Source: Candidatus Hodarchaeota archaeon (lineage in GTDB: Archaea; Asgardarchaeota; Heimdallarchaeia; Hodarchaeales; Hodarchaeaceae). From it: a stretch of DNA of 26,327 nt. The stretch is from contig JAEOTM010000080.1 in the NCBI GenBank assembly GCA_016839815.1, positions 1 through 26,327 on the forward strand, written 5' to 3'. How positions within the stretch are numbered: position 1 is the first letter of the stretch; each line of letters begins with the position of its first letter. Both the position numbers and the translations under genes were made by a program. Shown one piece after another: positions 1 to 7,951 of this stretch. The notes below the pieces were generated by a model. The model was not told the origin of the DNA and searched no databases. It worked only from the letters and a program-made list of their open reading frames with translations.

Positions 1-219
1 GCAAACGTGGATCGGCCCAATAAAGAGCTAGTAGGTTTTGAGAAAGTTCAGCTAAAACCCAATGAAACAAAATCTGTGCAGATTACGATCAAAGGAAAAG
101 ATCTTGCATATTATGATATTGAAACTCACGATTGGAAATTGGATTCAGGGGATATTACGATACTTGTTGGGAGCTCTTCCCAGGATATACATTTAGAATC
201 AAAAATTCATTACTCCTGA
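1..219 (+). CDS. GH3 beta-glucosidase, C-terminal fibronectin-III-like domain (5' partial, runs in from the window edge)
   Basis: Frame is open from base 1. RPNKELVGFEKVQLKPNETKSV...LAYYD...W...G...ILVGSSSQDI is the typical GH3 Fn3-like C-terminal domain. Confidence 0.9.
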   Translation, partial: ANVDRPNKELVGFEKVQLKPNETKSVQITIKGKDLAYYDIETHDWKLDSGDITILVGSSSQDIHLESKIHYS

Positions 220-251
220 AACTCTTCAAAATTAAATTTGATTTGTCTTTT

Positions 252-1379
252 TTATAATTCTTCAAGTAATCTCTCTGCTGGTACATGTTCTTCCGATTTG
301 ATTACACCTTGAGATGTAATTTGTCCATGTGCAATAAACTGACCAATAATACTAGTGGGATAAGCTGTTGTCCGAGCCATTGCAGAGAAATTAGTTTCTG
401 GCTCATAAAGATCAATTAATTCATATGTATGCTTTATTTCTTTGTTCCCAAAATTCCCAATTATTGTGATTCGGGCCAAAACGGCATCGGGTTGATTCTG
501 GGGCAAATTCTTAACTAAATAATATTCTATTACTTCTCGTGGAGAAAGCGTGGGATTAGGAGGAAATTCTTCACTAGAAAGTAGACCAAATTCTTTCAAA
601 AAAGCGAAAAATTGAGCATGTCCTGGAAATCTGATTGTTTTATACGTTAGCTGTTCAATCCTTCCTTCATATATGTCAGGAAGAGATGAAGTTCCACCTG
701 AGGTGTTAAAAGCTTCTAATTCTCCCCATGGATCAGGAAAGGATAAGCTCTCAATTTCTGTCAGTGAAGGTACGATTGTCAGTTTTCCATCACGTATAAT
801 TCGGGCATTTTCAAGGTATTCATTGGTCAACCCTCTAATAGCAAAAACTTGTTGATAATTAAGTATAGTCTTTGGATCCTGTGGTAATCCTCCTACACGT
901 AAATGACATTCCTTCAGAGAATCAAATTTTCTCATTGCATGAGCAGCTATAATATTGATCATTCCAGGAGCAAGGCCCAAATCAGGTATGATAGTAACTC
1001 CTGCTTTTTTAGCCTCTTTATCCAAAGTTTGTTGTTGTTGAACAACAGTTGGATTACCTCCTAGATCGACGAAACTACACCCTAATTCAATACACATCTG
1101 GGTAAGTTGAAAATTAAACTTATAATCGATAGCACCAAAGACAACAGTCACTTCATTTTCTTTTAGTACATGTTTGAGAAAATCTTGTTCTTTTTGATTA
1201 ATATCTAAATTTTGTATGTGAAAGCGAGTTTTGAATTTTTCAAGGTAAGTTTGTTGTTTTTCTCTTTGAAGTGGATCCTTATCGAATCCATAAACGTGTG
1301 AAGTAGGATCGTGTGTTAATAGATCATAACAGAGAGCTGATCCCATAAGTCCAAGGCCTAAAACTGCGTAATTTACCAT
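252..1379 (-). CDS. Saccharopine dehydrogenase / lysine 6-dehydrogenase family NAD(P)-dependent oxidoreductase (possibly C-terminally truncated, see findings)
   Basis: Rossmann motif GLGLMG, then VDLGG, GLAPG, VGGLPQ, YKTIRFPGH and SAMARTTAYP. Confidence 0.88.
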   Translation of the reverse strand: MVNYAVLGLGLMGSALCYDLLTHDPTSHVYGFDKDPLQREKQQTYLEKFKTRFHIQNLDINQKEQDFLKHVLKENEVTVVFGAIDYKFNFQLTQMCIELGCSFVDLGGNPTVVQQQQTLDKEAKKAGVTIIPDLGLAPGMINIIAAHAMRKFDSLKECHLRVGGLPQDPKTILNYQQVFAIRGLTNEYLENARIIRDGKLTIVPSLTEIESLSFPDPWGELEAFNTSGGTSSLPDIYEGRIEQLTYKTIRFPGHAQFFAFLKEFGLLSSEEFPPNPTLSPREVIEYYLVKNLPQNQPDAVLARITIIGNFGNKEIKHTYELIDLYEPETNFSAMARTTAYPTSIIGQFIAHGQITSQGVIKSEEHVPAERLLEEL

Positions 1380-1448
1380 GAGTACTCATGCAAAGGTGAT
1401 TTTACATTAATTCAAAAATCCCAAGATGGGGGTAATTTCACTGATTCT

Positions 1449-2090
1449 TTAATCAGAATAAAAGAAGACCTGCTTTCCATTCTTAGCCTTGCGGCCAATA
1501 TAACCCATTTTCTGTAAGGAGTTGAGAGATTCTTCAGTTCGGTCTTTACTTTCTCCACTTTCTTTTGATATTTCCTCTAGGGTACCTTCTTCTATTGTTA
1601 TTAATGCTAATGCTGTGGTTTGAAGATCAGAAGGTAAATCAAATATATTTCCCACACTAAAACGCTTCGTTGGCTTTAATTGTCCTGATTCATCAACTAG
1701 ATTTTCTTCCTGAACTATTTCCTGAATTGTCTCCTTAAATGGATCAAAAAGACGAAAATCAACAAGAAAATCCTGTAATATCTCTGTATGATATTCTTTC
1801 ATAAACCGTAAACCAATTGTTTGGAGAAGATTTTCAGGTCCCTTCTGAGTATTCGTTACAATTACAACATTGAAAGGGCCAAAGGATTTTGTATGATAAA
1901 ATAATCGTTCAATCCCGATACTTTTCATTTCCCACGACTTTTGGGCAGTAACATCTGCTGCTAAATCTTTGAATGCTGTGAATAATGCACCGAAAAGTAC
2001 TTCGTTGGGAATATCGTCAGAAGATTGAAAATATTGCGAAATTAAAGGTCTTCCTCCTTCATCTATGATGTAGAGAGCATATACAATCAT
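1449..2090 (-). CDS. Longin/roadblock-like N-terminal domain fused to a C-terminal winged HTH (TrmB-like); putative regulator
   Basis: N-terminus MIVYALYIIDEGGRPLISQYF...LFGALFTAF resembles longin/adaptin-sigma-like domains common in Asgard archaea. C-terminus GTLEEISKESGESKDRTEESLNSLQKMGYIGRK...VFF has a wHTH pattern. ATGA overlap with the upstream ATPase at 2087-2090. Confidence 0.65.
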   Translation of the reverse strand: MIVYALYIIDEGGRPLISQYFQSSDDIPNEVLFGALFTAFKDLAADVTAQKSWEMKSIGIERLFYHTKSFGPFNVVIVTNTQKGPENLLQTIGLRFMKEYHTEILQDFLVDFRLFDPFKETIQEIVQEENLVDESGQLKPTKRFSVGNIFDLPSDLQTTALALITIEEGTLEEISKESGESKDRTEESLNSLQKMGYIGRKAKNGKQVFFYSD

Positions 2091-2932
2091 TTGTCGGAAT
2101 CCCCAAAGATTATTGGGATTAGATCAACCAGAGTAGTAGAAAACGGATGATCTGGTTGTTTCAATGTATAGATAAGTCTTGATGAGTCTTTATTTTGCAG
2201 GGTTTTAACTGCTTCAAGAAACTCGGTTTGTATTAACGATTCATCAATTGGAATCCATCCAATAAAATCTACGTACTTATCTTGAATATCTTTAGTGAAT
2301 TTATCCTCGATAAGGGATTGTAATTGAGAGATGATTGCATCATCTTGAATCACACTTTTGGGAATGAGATTTGCTAGTACCAATGATTTAGTTTTTAATT
2401 GCTTATTCAACCCTGCAATCATCTGTGAAGTGCCTAATAAATCTGCATTGCTGAGTTTTACAATAAAGAGACTTGTTTTTGATGTGATCATTGCATTTAC
2501 AGTACTATATGTCGTTCCAGGAGAACTGTCGAGTATCAGGTAGTTCACTTCATATGGAGGATCTTCAAGCTGTTTACCAATCTTCATTAGATTTTTTAAC
2601 ATTTTGAAGGACATTTTCTCGTTGATTCGAATATTAGTCTCAATAGCTGACGCTGAGGGATCAGCAAAGCCCACAAAAAGCTTCCCTGGGATTTCTAATT
2701 GGGAAGAAATGTCTTCTAAGCAGTTTTCTATAGGTTCATCTCGTAATAAGACATCATTAAGCCATTTAGTGTCTAAACTTTTCTTAAAAAAGGTGATAAT
2801 CGATGGCCCATGAAAATCTGTATCCAATAGACACACATTCTCGCCAACTTTGGCTAGATGTACCGCGATATTCGCTGCGATAGAAGTTTTTCCGACCCCT
2901 CCTTTATGACTTAGAATCGATAGGGATTTCGT
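2087..2932 (-). CDS. MinD/ParA-family P-loop ATPase (start codon uncertain; the ORF track start at 2836 omits the Walker A motif)
   Basis: The frame extends upstream of 2836 as TKSLSILSHKGGVGKTSIAANIAVHLAKVGENVCLLDTD: deviant Walker A KGGVGKT, DxD, and later ILDSSPG. There is no ATG/GTG/TTG between the in-frame TGA (2965-2963) and Walker A; ACG at 2932 is proposed as the start. Confidence 0.85.
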   Translation of the reverse strand, partial: TKSLSILSHKGGVGKTSIAANIAVHLAKVGENVCLLDTDFHGPSIITFFKKSLDTKWLNDVLLRDEPIENCLEDISSQLEIPGKLFVGFADPSASAIETNIRINEKMSFKMLKNLMKIGKQLEDPPYEVNYLILDSSPGTTYSTVNAMITSKTSLFIVKLSNADLLGTSQMIAGLNKQLKTKSLVLANLIPKSVIQDDAIISQLQSLIEDKFTKDIQDKYVDFIGWIPIDESLIQTEFLEAVKTLQNKDSSRLIYTLKQPDHPFSTTLVDLIPIIFGDSDK

Positions 2933-2977
2933 AGAAGCACTTCCTGTGTTACTAGATGTACATCATTGGGACTTTTC

Positions 2978-2985
2978 TTTATAAA
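2978..2985. promoter_or_regulatory. TATA-like box (TTTATAAA) in the divergent MinD / VOC intergenic region
   Basis: Palindromic TTTATAAA, with a more purine-rich (BRE-like) flank on the minus-strand side. Confidence 0.45.
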
Positions 2986-3054
2986 CTTGTATTCCCATCA
3001 AATATTTTCATAAGAATTTGGTCAAAACATCTCGAAATAAGGATTTTGTTTGCT

Positions 3055-3414
3055 ATGGCTGGTATAGTATTTTTAAAGACGGAAAATCTGCAGAAAATAA
3101 AAGATTTCTATTCTGATCTTGATTCAGAGATTTGGATAGATCAAGGAGATTGTATCATATTCAAACACCAGAATTTTTTGTTTGGGTTCTGTGAAAGAGA
3201 TAATATAAGTAAAGATGCACTGTTAACATTTTTCTATGAAAGTGTAGAAGAAGTGGATGACGTTTATCAGAGATTACAAAAATGGACTGCGGGTAAACCT
3301 ACTAAAAATGAAAAATATCAGATCTATAACTTTTTTGCTAAGGATCCTGAGGGAAGGGATTTAGAATTCCAAACTTTTCTCCATAAAATTGATTTTACTT
3401 GGGGAAGATTCTAG
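3055..3414 (+). CDS. VOC / glyoxalase-bleomycin resistance family protein
   Basis: MAGIVFLKTENLQKIKDFY...EEVDDVYQRL...FFAKDPEGRDLEFQ is a single VOC domain. ATG 3055 is preferred over 2956, which would run through the divergent promoter region. Confidence 0.85.
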   Translation: MAGIVFLKTENLQKIKDFYSDLDSEIWIDQGDCIIFKHQNFLFGFCERDNISKDALLTFFYESVEEVDDVYQRLQKWTAGKPTKNEKYQIYNFFAKDPEGRDLEFQTFLHKIDFTWGRF

Positions 3415-3590
3415 ATAATCTGCAAAGCTCCATTTCTTGCTGTTCTATTAAGAAATTTCTTTGTCAAAGTTGTATTATAAAATAAAAAGTAAAATAATAA
3501 TACTTCAAACCCCATTTTGATCAGTGATATTAAACGAATTCCTTTTATAAATAAGTAATTTGAAATCTCTAGTAGTGAAGAGAGATAGAA

Positions 3591-4769
3591 ATGGTAGAAC
3601 GTAAGAATTTTTTGTCACATTTGCTCATTATTGGAATTATAACAATTAATCTTGGTATTACCTCAGGAATCTCGTTACATTCTTTGAAATTTCTCGCTTG
3701 GTCAGAATTTGAAGATATCTCAGACCAATTCCATCTCGAACCGAATCTTCAATTACGTAGCTGGGTTGGAGATCTCGACAATGATACTGATTCAGACGTT
3801 CTAATCGGAACAAATCAAGGAAAACTTCAGTTTTTTCGGAATATTGGTTCAAGTGGAAATGATTTGTGGAATATTGATTCAGATTTTTCTCTCCCTATTC
3901 CCTCCAAACAGGTGAGTCGTGTTGTACCTACTGCTGGAGATCTGGATGGAGATAATGATATTGATATTATTATCGGTTGTGATGATGGACATCTCTATGT
4001 TAGTCTGAATGAGGGAACCTCCCAAATCCCTGCATGGACCGAGTTTTCCATTCTTCGTAATTCAAACAACGAAATCTTTAACTTTACAGGTCATGCTAAT
4101 CCGACACTTATTGATTACGATAATGACACTGAAAATTTACTGGATCTAATCGTTGGTTCGGATGTTGATGCAACCACAGGTAGATATCAAATCTATACTT
4201 ACATGAATGTAGGAAATCTAACTCATTATTCATTTGGAGTTGTTACTTATCCTTGGGCTGGTCGAAAATTGCCCTATGGACCCAAAAACATCACTAAAGA
4301 TCTCTTGGAGATTAATCCATCGGAAGATATTACGGGATCTATGAGAGTTAATTTTGCATTGATAAGTATTGATTTACGTCCAGATATGATTTTAATCTTT
4401 GACTCTGGATATTTTTCCTATTTTTATTCCACTGGGCTTACTGCGGATCCAACATTCTTGTCACTAGACAAGGAAGAAGCTTCCTTTGTATTTAATTTTC
4501 CACCAGCTGAGGAAGAATCCTTTATTGATTTTCAATGGTACGGGTCAACTGATACCAATAATATTACTTCTACTATGCCAGTATCTGGGGGTAACCCAAA
4601 AATTCTATTATTTAGAAATTCTGGTGAAGTCTTATTTTTCCCTCAAAGCAGTAATTTCTCCACAGAAAACACCTCTAAAATATCTCCTTCTTGGCTAATT
4701 GGAATGGAAATTTTTACATTTGGATTAATCTCTCTTCTTTTAAAGAAAAGAAAAAAAAGATTTATCTAG
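3591..4769 (+). CDS. Secreted, C-terminally membrane-anchored FG-GAP/VCBS-repeat (integrin-alpha-like beta-propeller) protein
   Basis: N-terminal hydrophobic signal; Ca-binding loops GDLDNDTDSDVLIG, GDLDGDNDIDIIIG and DYDND..LDLIVG, each followed by N-x-G; S/T-rich linker, TM segment and basic tail KKRKKRFI. Confidence 0.8.
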   Translation: MVERKNFLSHLLIIGIITINLGITSGISLHSLKFLAWSEFEDISDQFHLEPNLQLRSWVGDLDNDTDSDVLIGTNQGKLQFFRNIGSSGNDLWNIDSDFSLPIPSKQVSRVVPTAGDLDGDNDIDIIIGCDDGHLYVSLNEGTSQIPAWTEFSILRNSNNEIFNFTGHANPTLIDYDNDTENLLDLIVGSDVDATTGRYQIYTYMNVGNLTHYSFGVVTYPWAGRKLPYGPKNITKDLLEINPSEDITGSMRVNFALISIDLRPDMILIFDSGYFSYFYSTGLTADPTFLSLDKEEASFVFNFPPAEEESFIDFQWYGSTDTNNITSTMPVSGGNPKILLFRNSGEVLFFPQSSNFSTENTSKISPSWLIGMEIFTFGLISLLLKKRKKRFI

Positions 4770-4918
4770 TGAAGAGATTAGACAATTTTAGCTGAATCTA
4801 AAATTCAGAGAGAATTTTGAATTCTAAAAATTCCTATATCAAATAGACTTTAGCTGGGAAAACTATAGATAATCAACAATAATTTTATTCCAGTTGTTGA
4901 AAAGGAGACTTTCCGAAG

Positions 4919-5563
4919 ATGGATTCTGAAGAAATCTATAAAGAAATGGCGGATTCTATTGTAGAGTTAGATCAAGAGAAAGCTTTGAGTCTAGCAAATC
5001 GTGCTCTCGATGAAAATATGGATCTACTAGCAGTGATTGAAAAAGGATTTGGTGAAGGCATTCGTAGAGTTGGAGACTTATGGGATGAAGGTGAATTTTT
5101 TCTTCCAGAATTAATGTCTGGAGCTCAAATCATGCAGAAATCGGTTGATATTATCACACCGAAACTACAATCATCTGGATCTGAACGTCAATCATTGGGT
5201 AAAATCTTGTTAGCAACTATTGAAGGAGATATTCATTCCATTGGTAAAACCATTGTTGCCACTATGTTACGAGCAAATGGATTTCATGTCATCGATATTG
5301 GTACAGATGTAAAAGCTGAAAAAATTGTTGAAGAAGCAATTAAAGAAGATGTCGATATTATAGGAGTTTCGACATTATTAACAACAACGATGATAAATCA
5401 GAAAAAAGTAATTGAAATCCTTGAGAAGAAAAAGGTTCGAGATAAATTTAAAGTAATCTTTGGTGGAGCACCTGTTACACAAGGTTGGGTTGATGAGTGT
5501 AATGCAGATGGTTACGCCGAAAATGCAGTAGAATCAGTAAAGTTAGCTAAGAATCTATTGTAA
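4919..5563 (+). CDS. Corrinoid (cobalamin-binding) methyl-carrier protein, MttC/MtbC/MetH cap plus B12-binding type
   Basis: Cap domain GIRRVGDLWDEGEFFLPEL; B12 motif GDIHSIGK (DxHxxG); STLLTTT; FGGAPVT. Confidence 0.93.
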   Translation: MDSEEIYKEMADSIVELDQEKALSLANRALDENMDLLAVIEKGFGEGIRRVGDLWDEGEFFLPELMSGAQIMQKSVDIITPKLQSSGSERQSLGKILLATIEGDIHSIGKTIVATMLRANGFHVIDIGTDVKAEKIVEEAIKEDVDIIGVSTLLTTTMINQKKVIEILEKKKVRDKFKVIFGGAPVTQGWVDECNADGYAENAVESVKLAKNLL

Positions 5564-5593
5564 AAGCCAAAAAAACATTGACGAAAAAGTGAT

Positions 5594-6484
5594 TTGAAAA
5601 TGTCTTTTACCCAATTGCTAAATGATGACTCAAGGATCATTCTTTTTGATGGTGCAATGGGTACACAATTGATGGAATCTGATTTAGAACCGGGTAAAAT
5701 TCCTGATTTACTTAATATTGAGAATCCAGAGACGGTTCAAAGAGTTTTGAGGAGTTATTTCGATGCTGGTGCAGATATAGTTCAAACATGTACCTTTAGT
5801 TCAAATTATGTAAACTTAGACAAACAGAATTTAGCTCATCTATTATCAAAGCTAAATTTGGAAGCAATTTCTAATATTAAGGCAATTCAACCTTCCAAAG
5901 ATAGGTTGATTGCTGGGGACATAGGCCCCTCGGGTGAATTTCGGCCCCCTGTCGGAAACGCATCAGAAAATCAGTGGAAAACAGGTTTTCGAAAACAAGT
6001 CAAAATTCTAGAACAGGGAGTTGATTTGTGGCATGTTGAGACAATATCAGACCTTCAGGAAATGTCTGCTGCGATTCATGCTATTCGAGAGGTATCTCAG
6101 AAACCGATCATTGCTTCTATGACTTATCGTAAAACAAAAACAAGAGGTTTTTTCACTATTATGGGGGATTCTTTGGAATCCTGTGTCAATCTTTTGGAAG
6201 AGGAAGAAGTCGATGTGGTTGGCACAAATTGCACATTGGGTTCAGATCAGATGGTTACCTTGGCACAAGAGTTGGTGGAATTGAGTGACAAACCCATTTC
6301 TGTCAAACCCAACGCTGGACAACCACGTCTTGCAGGGGGAAGTACTGTTTACGATCAAACTCCTGAAGAATTTGTTAAAGATATTGAACAAATGATTGAT
6401 TTAGGTGTGAAAATTGTTGGTGGGTGTTGTGGTACGACACCTACTCATATCCAAAAACTTCGATCTATGATTAATAATCGCTAG
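5594..6484 (+). CDS. Homocysteine S-methyltransferase domain protein (standalone MetH Hcy-binding module)
   Basis: FDGAMGTQL, AGADIVQTCTF, AGDIGPSG, Zn ligands GTNC and GGCCGTTP, PNAGQP. No fused pterin-binding domain. TTG start. Confidence 0.92.
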   Translation: MKMSFTQLLNDDSRIILFDGAMGTQLMESDLEPGKIPDLLNIENPETVQRVLRSYFDAGADIVQTCTFSSNYVNLDKQNLAHLLSKLNLEAISNIKAIQPSKDRLIAGDIGPSGEFRPPVGNASENQWKTGFRKQVKILEQGVDLWHVETISDLQEMSAAIHAIREVSQKPIIASMTYRKTKTRGFFTIMGDSLESCVNLLEEEEVDVVGTNCTLGSDQMVTLAQELVELSDKPISVKPNAGQPRLAGGSTVYDQTPEEFVKDIEQMIDLGVKIVGGCCGTTPTHIQKLRSMINNR

Positions 6485-6495
6485 GATGTAATTAA

Positions 6496-7920
6496 ATGGG
6501 AATTTTACGACCAAAAGTAGCTTTATTAAACGAGGAATATAAAAGGAAGATTTTTGAGGAAGCCAAGAATATTCTTGAAACCTTAGGGGTTTTAATTGAA
6601 AATAAAAATGCAGAATCCCTTCTCAGAGAGCAGGGGGTTCCTAACAAAGATCAACGGTACTATTTACCCTCAGATCTTGTTGATAAGTGTCTAACTTCCC
6701 CTCCTCATGAAATAACACTATTTGATAGAGAAGGAAAACAGCATCTTTCTCTTGAAGACGATATCATTCATTTTGACCCTGGTTCTGCTGCAATATTCAT
6801 CCTTGATGAGAAATCTGGAGAGATCAGGGAACCTCTTCATGAGGATTTTATTCGGTTTACTAAGATTGTTGACCAATTAACGAATATAGAAGCTCAGAGT
6901 ACTTCTTTAGTATATTCTGATGTTCCTAAGGAAGCTCAGGATTGGCATAGATTATATACAGCTTTGAAGTACAGTCATAAACCAATTGTGACTGGAACGT
7001 TTAAGAAAGAAAGCTTTACGATAATGAATGAACTACTTTTAACCTGCCGCAATTCCGAAAAAGATTTAGCGGCAAAACCCCTTGCAATCTTTGATGCCTG
7101 TCCTTCTCCTCCCTTATCATGGTCGGATTTAACTACACAATCAGTCATCGATGCTGCAGAAAGGATGATTCCCTCTGAATTTATTAGTATGCCCATGTCA
7201 GGAGCAAATGCTCCAATCACATTAATTGGATCCATCACCCAGCACTGTGCTGAATCTCTTGCTGGAGTAGTAATTTCCCAATTAGTAAAAAAAGGAGCTC
7301 CAATAATTTGGGGAGGTTCCCCTGCAGTTATGGATATGAAACATGGAACAACTCCTATGGGGGCTATTGAAACGATGATGATTGACATTGGAGATGCTGA
7401 AATGGGTAAATTCCTAAACCTTCCTACTCATGCTTATATGAGTCTGAGCGATGCAAAGATACCTGACGCTCAAGCTGGATTAGAGGCAGGGATGGGAGCA
7501 TTATTAGCAGGATTAGCAGGAATCAATATGATTTCAGGTCCAGGAATGCTTGATTTTGAATCTTGTCAGTCAATTGAAAAGCTCTTAATCGATAACGAAA
7601 TTGCAGGGATGGTCAAACGTTTTGTAAGAGGGATTAATGATTATGGATCACCATTTGCTAAAGATATTCTACAAGACTATGATGATACTAATGAACTCTT
7701 ATCTCATCCATCAACCCTTCAACTTTTCCGGAAAGAACTTTTCCTACCTAGTCCCATCCTTGCGAGGATGACTCGAGACGAATGGAAAAGTACAGGTTCT
7801 CATTCTTCAAGGCAGAGAGCCAGAATAGAGATAGACAAATTGCTTGCAGCTTCTACCAAAACAGAACTGGATAGTATAAAAGCAAATGAATTGGATAAAC
7901 TTTCCTCTACATATTTATGA
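6496..7920 (+). CDS. MttB-superfamily (trimethylamine/quaternary amine):corrinoid methyltransferase, non-pyrrolysine type
   Basis: SPPL, PMSGANAPITLIGS, AESLAG..ISQL...GAP, MDMKHG, SDAKIPDAQAGLE, GMLDF, EKLLIDNEI. No in-frame amber codon; Leu immediately before SDAK, where methanogen MttB carries Pyl. Confidence 0.9.
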   Translation: MGILRPKVALLNEEYKRKIFEEAKNILETLGVLIENKNAESLLREQGVPNKDQRYYLPSDLVDKCLTSPPHEITLFDREGKQHLSLEDDIIHFDPGSAAIFILDEKSGEIREPLHEDFIRFTKIVDQLTNIEAQSTSLVYSDVPKEAQDWHRLYTALKYSHKPIVTGTFKKESFTIMNELLLTCRNSEKDLAAKPLAIFDACPSPPLSWSDLTTQSVIDAAERMIPSEFISMPMSGANAPITLIGSITQHCAESLAGVVISQLVKKGAPIIWGGSPAVMDMKHGTTPMGAIETMMIDIGDAEMGKFLNLPTHAYMSLSDAKIPDAQAGLEAGMGALLAGLAGINMISGPGMLDFESCQSIEKLLIDNEIAGMVKRFVRGINDYGSPFAKDILQDYDDTNELLSHPSTLQLFRKELFLPSPILARMTRDEWKSTGSHSSRQRARIEIDKLLAASTKTELDSIKANELDKLSSTYL

Positions 7921-7951
7921 TCAATCCAAAAACAAGTAATCGGTTGTAAGT

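Noticed and set aside
2963-2998. Selenocysteine (UGA-UGU, Sec-Cys) at the MinD N-terminus
   Set aside because: The position is outside any conserved domain, no SECIS element was identified, and the upstream codons overlap a TATA box.
4770-4918. Cobalamin or SAM riboswitch before the corrinoid operon; AT-rich inverted repeats at 4784-4805 and 4811-4825
   Set aside because: No B12-box or SAM-I core is recognisable; the stems are almost purely A/T and likely chance or terminator-related.
6496-7920. Pyrrolysine-containing trimethylamine methyltransferase or a methanogenesis role
   Set aside because: No in-frame TAG, Leu at the Pyl-equivalent position, and no pyl, mtbA or mcr genes in the window; the context is methionine synthase modules.
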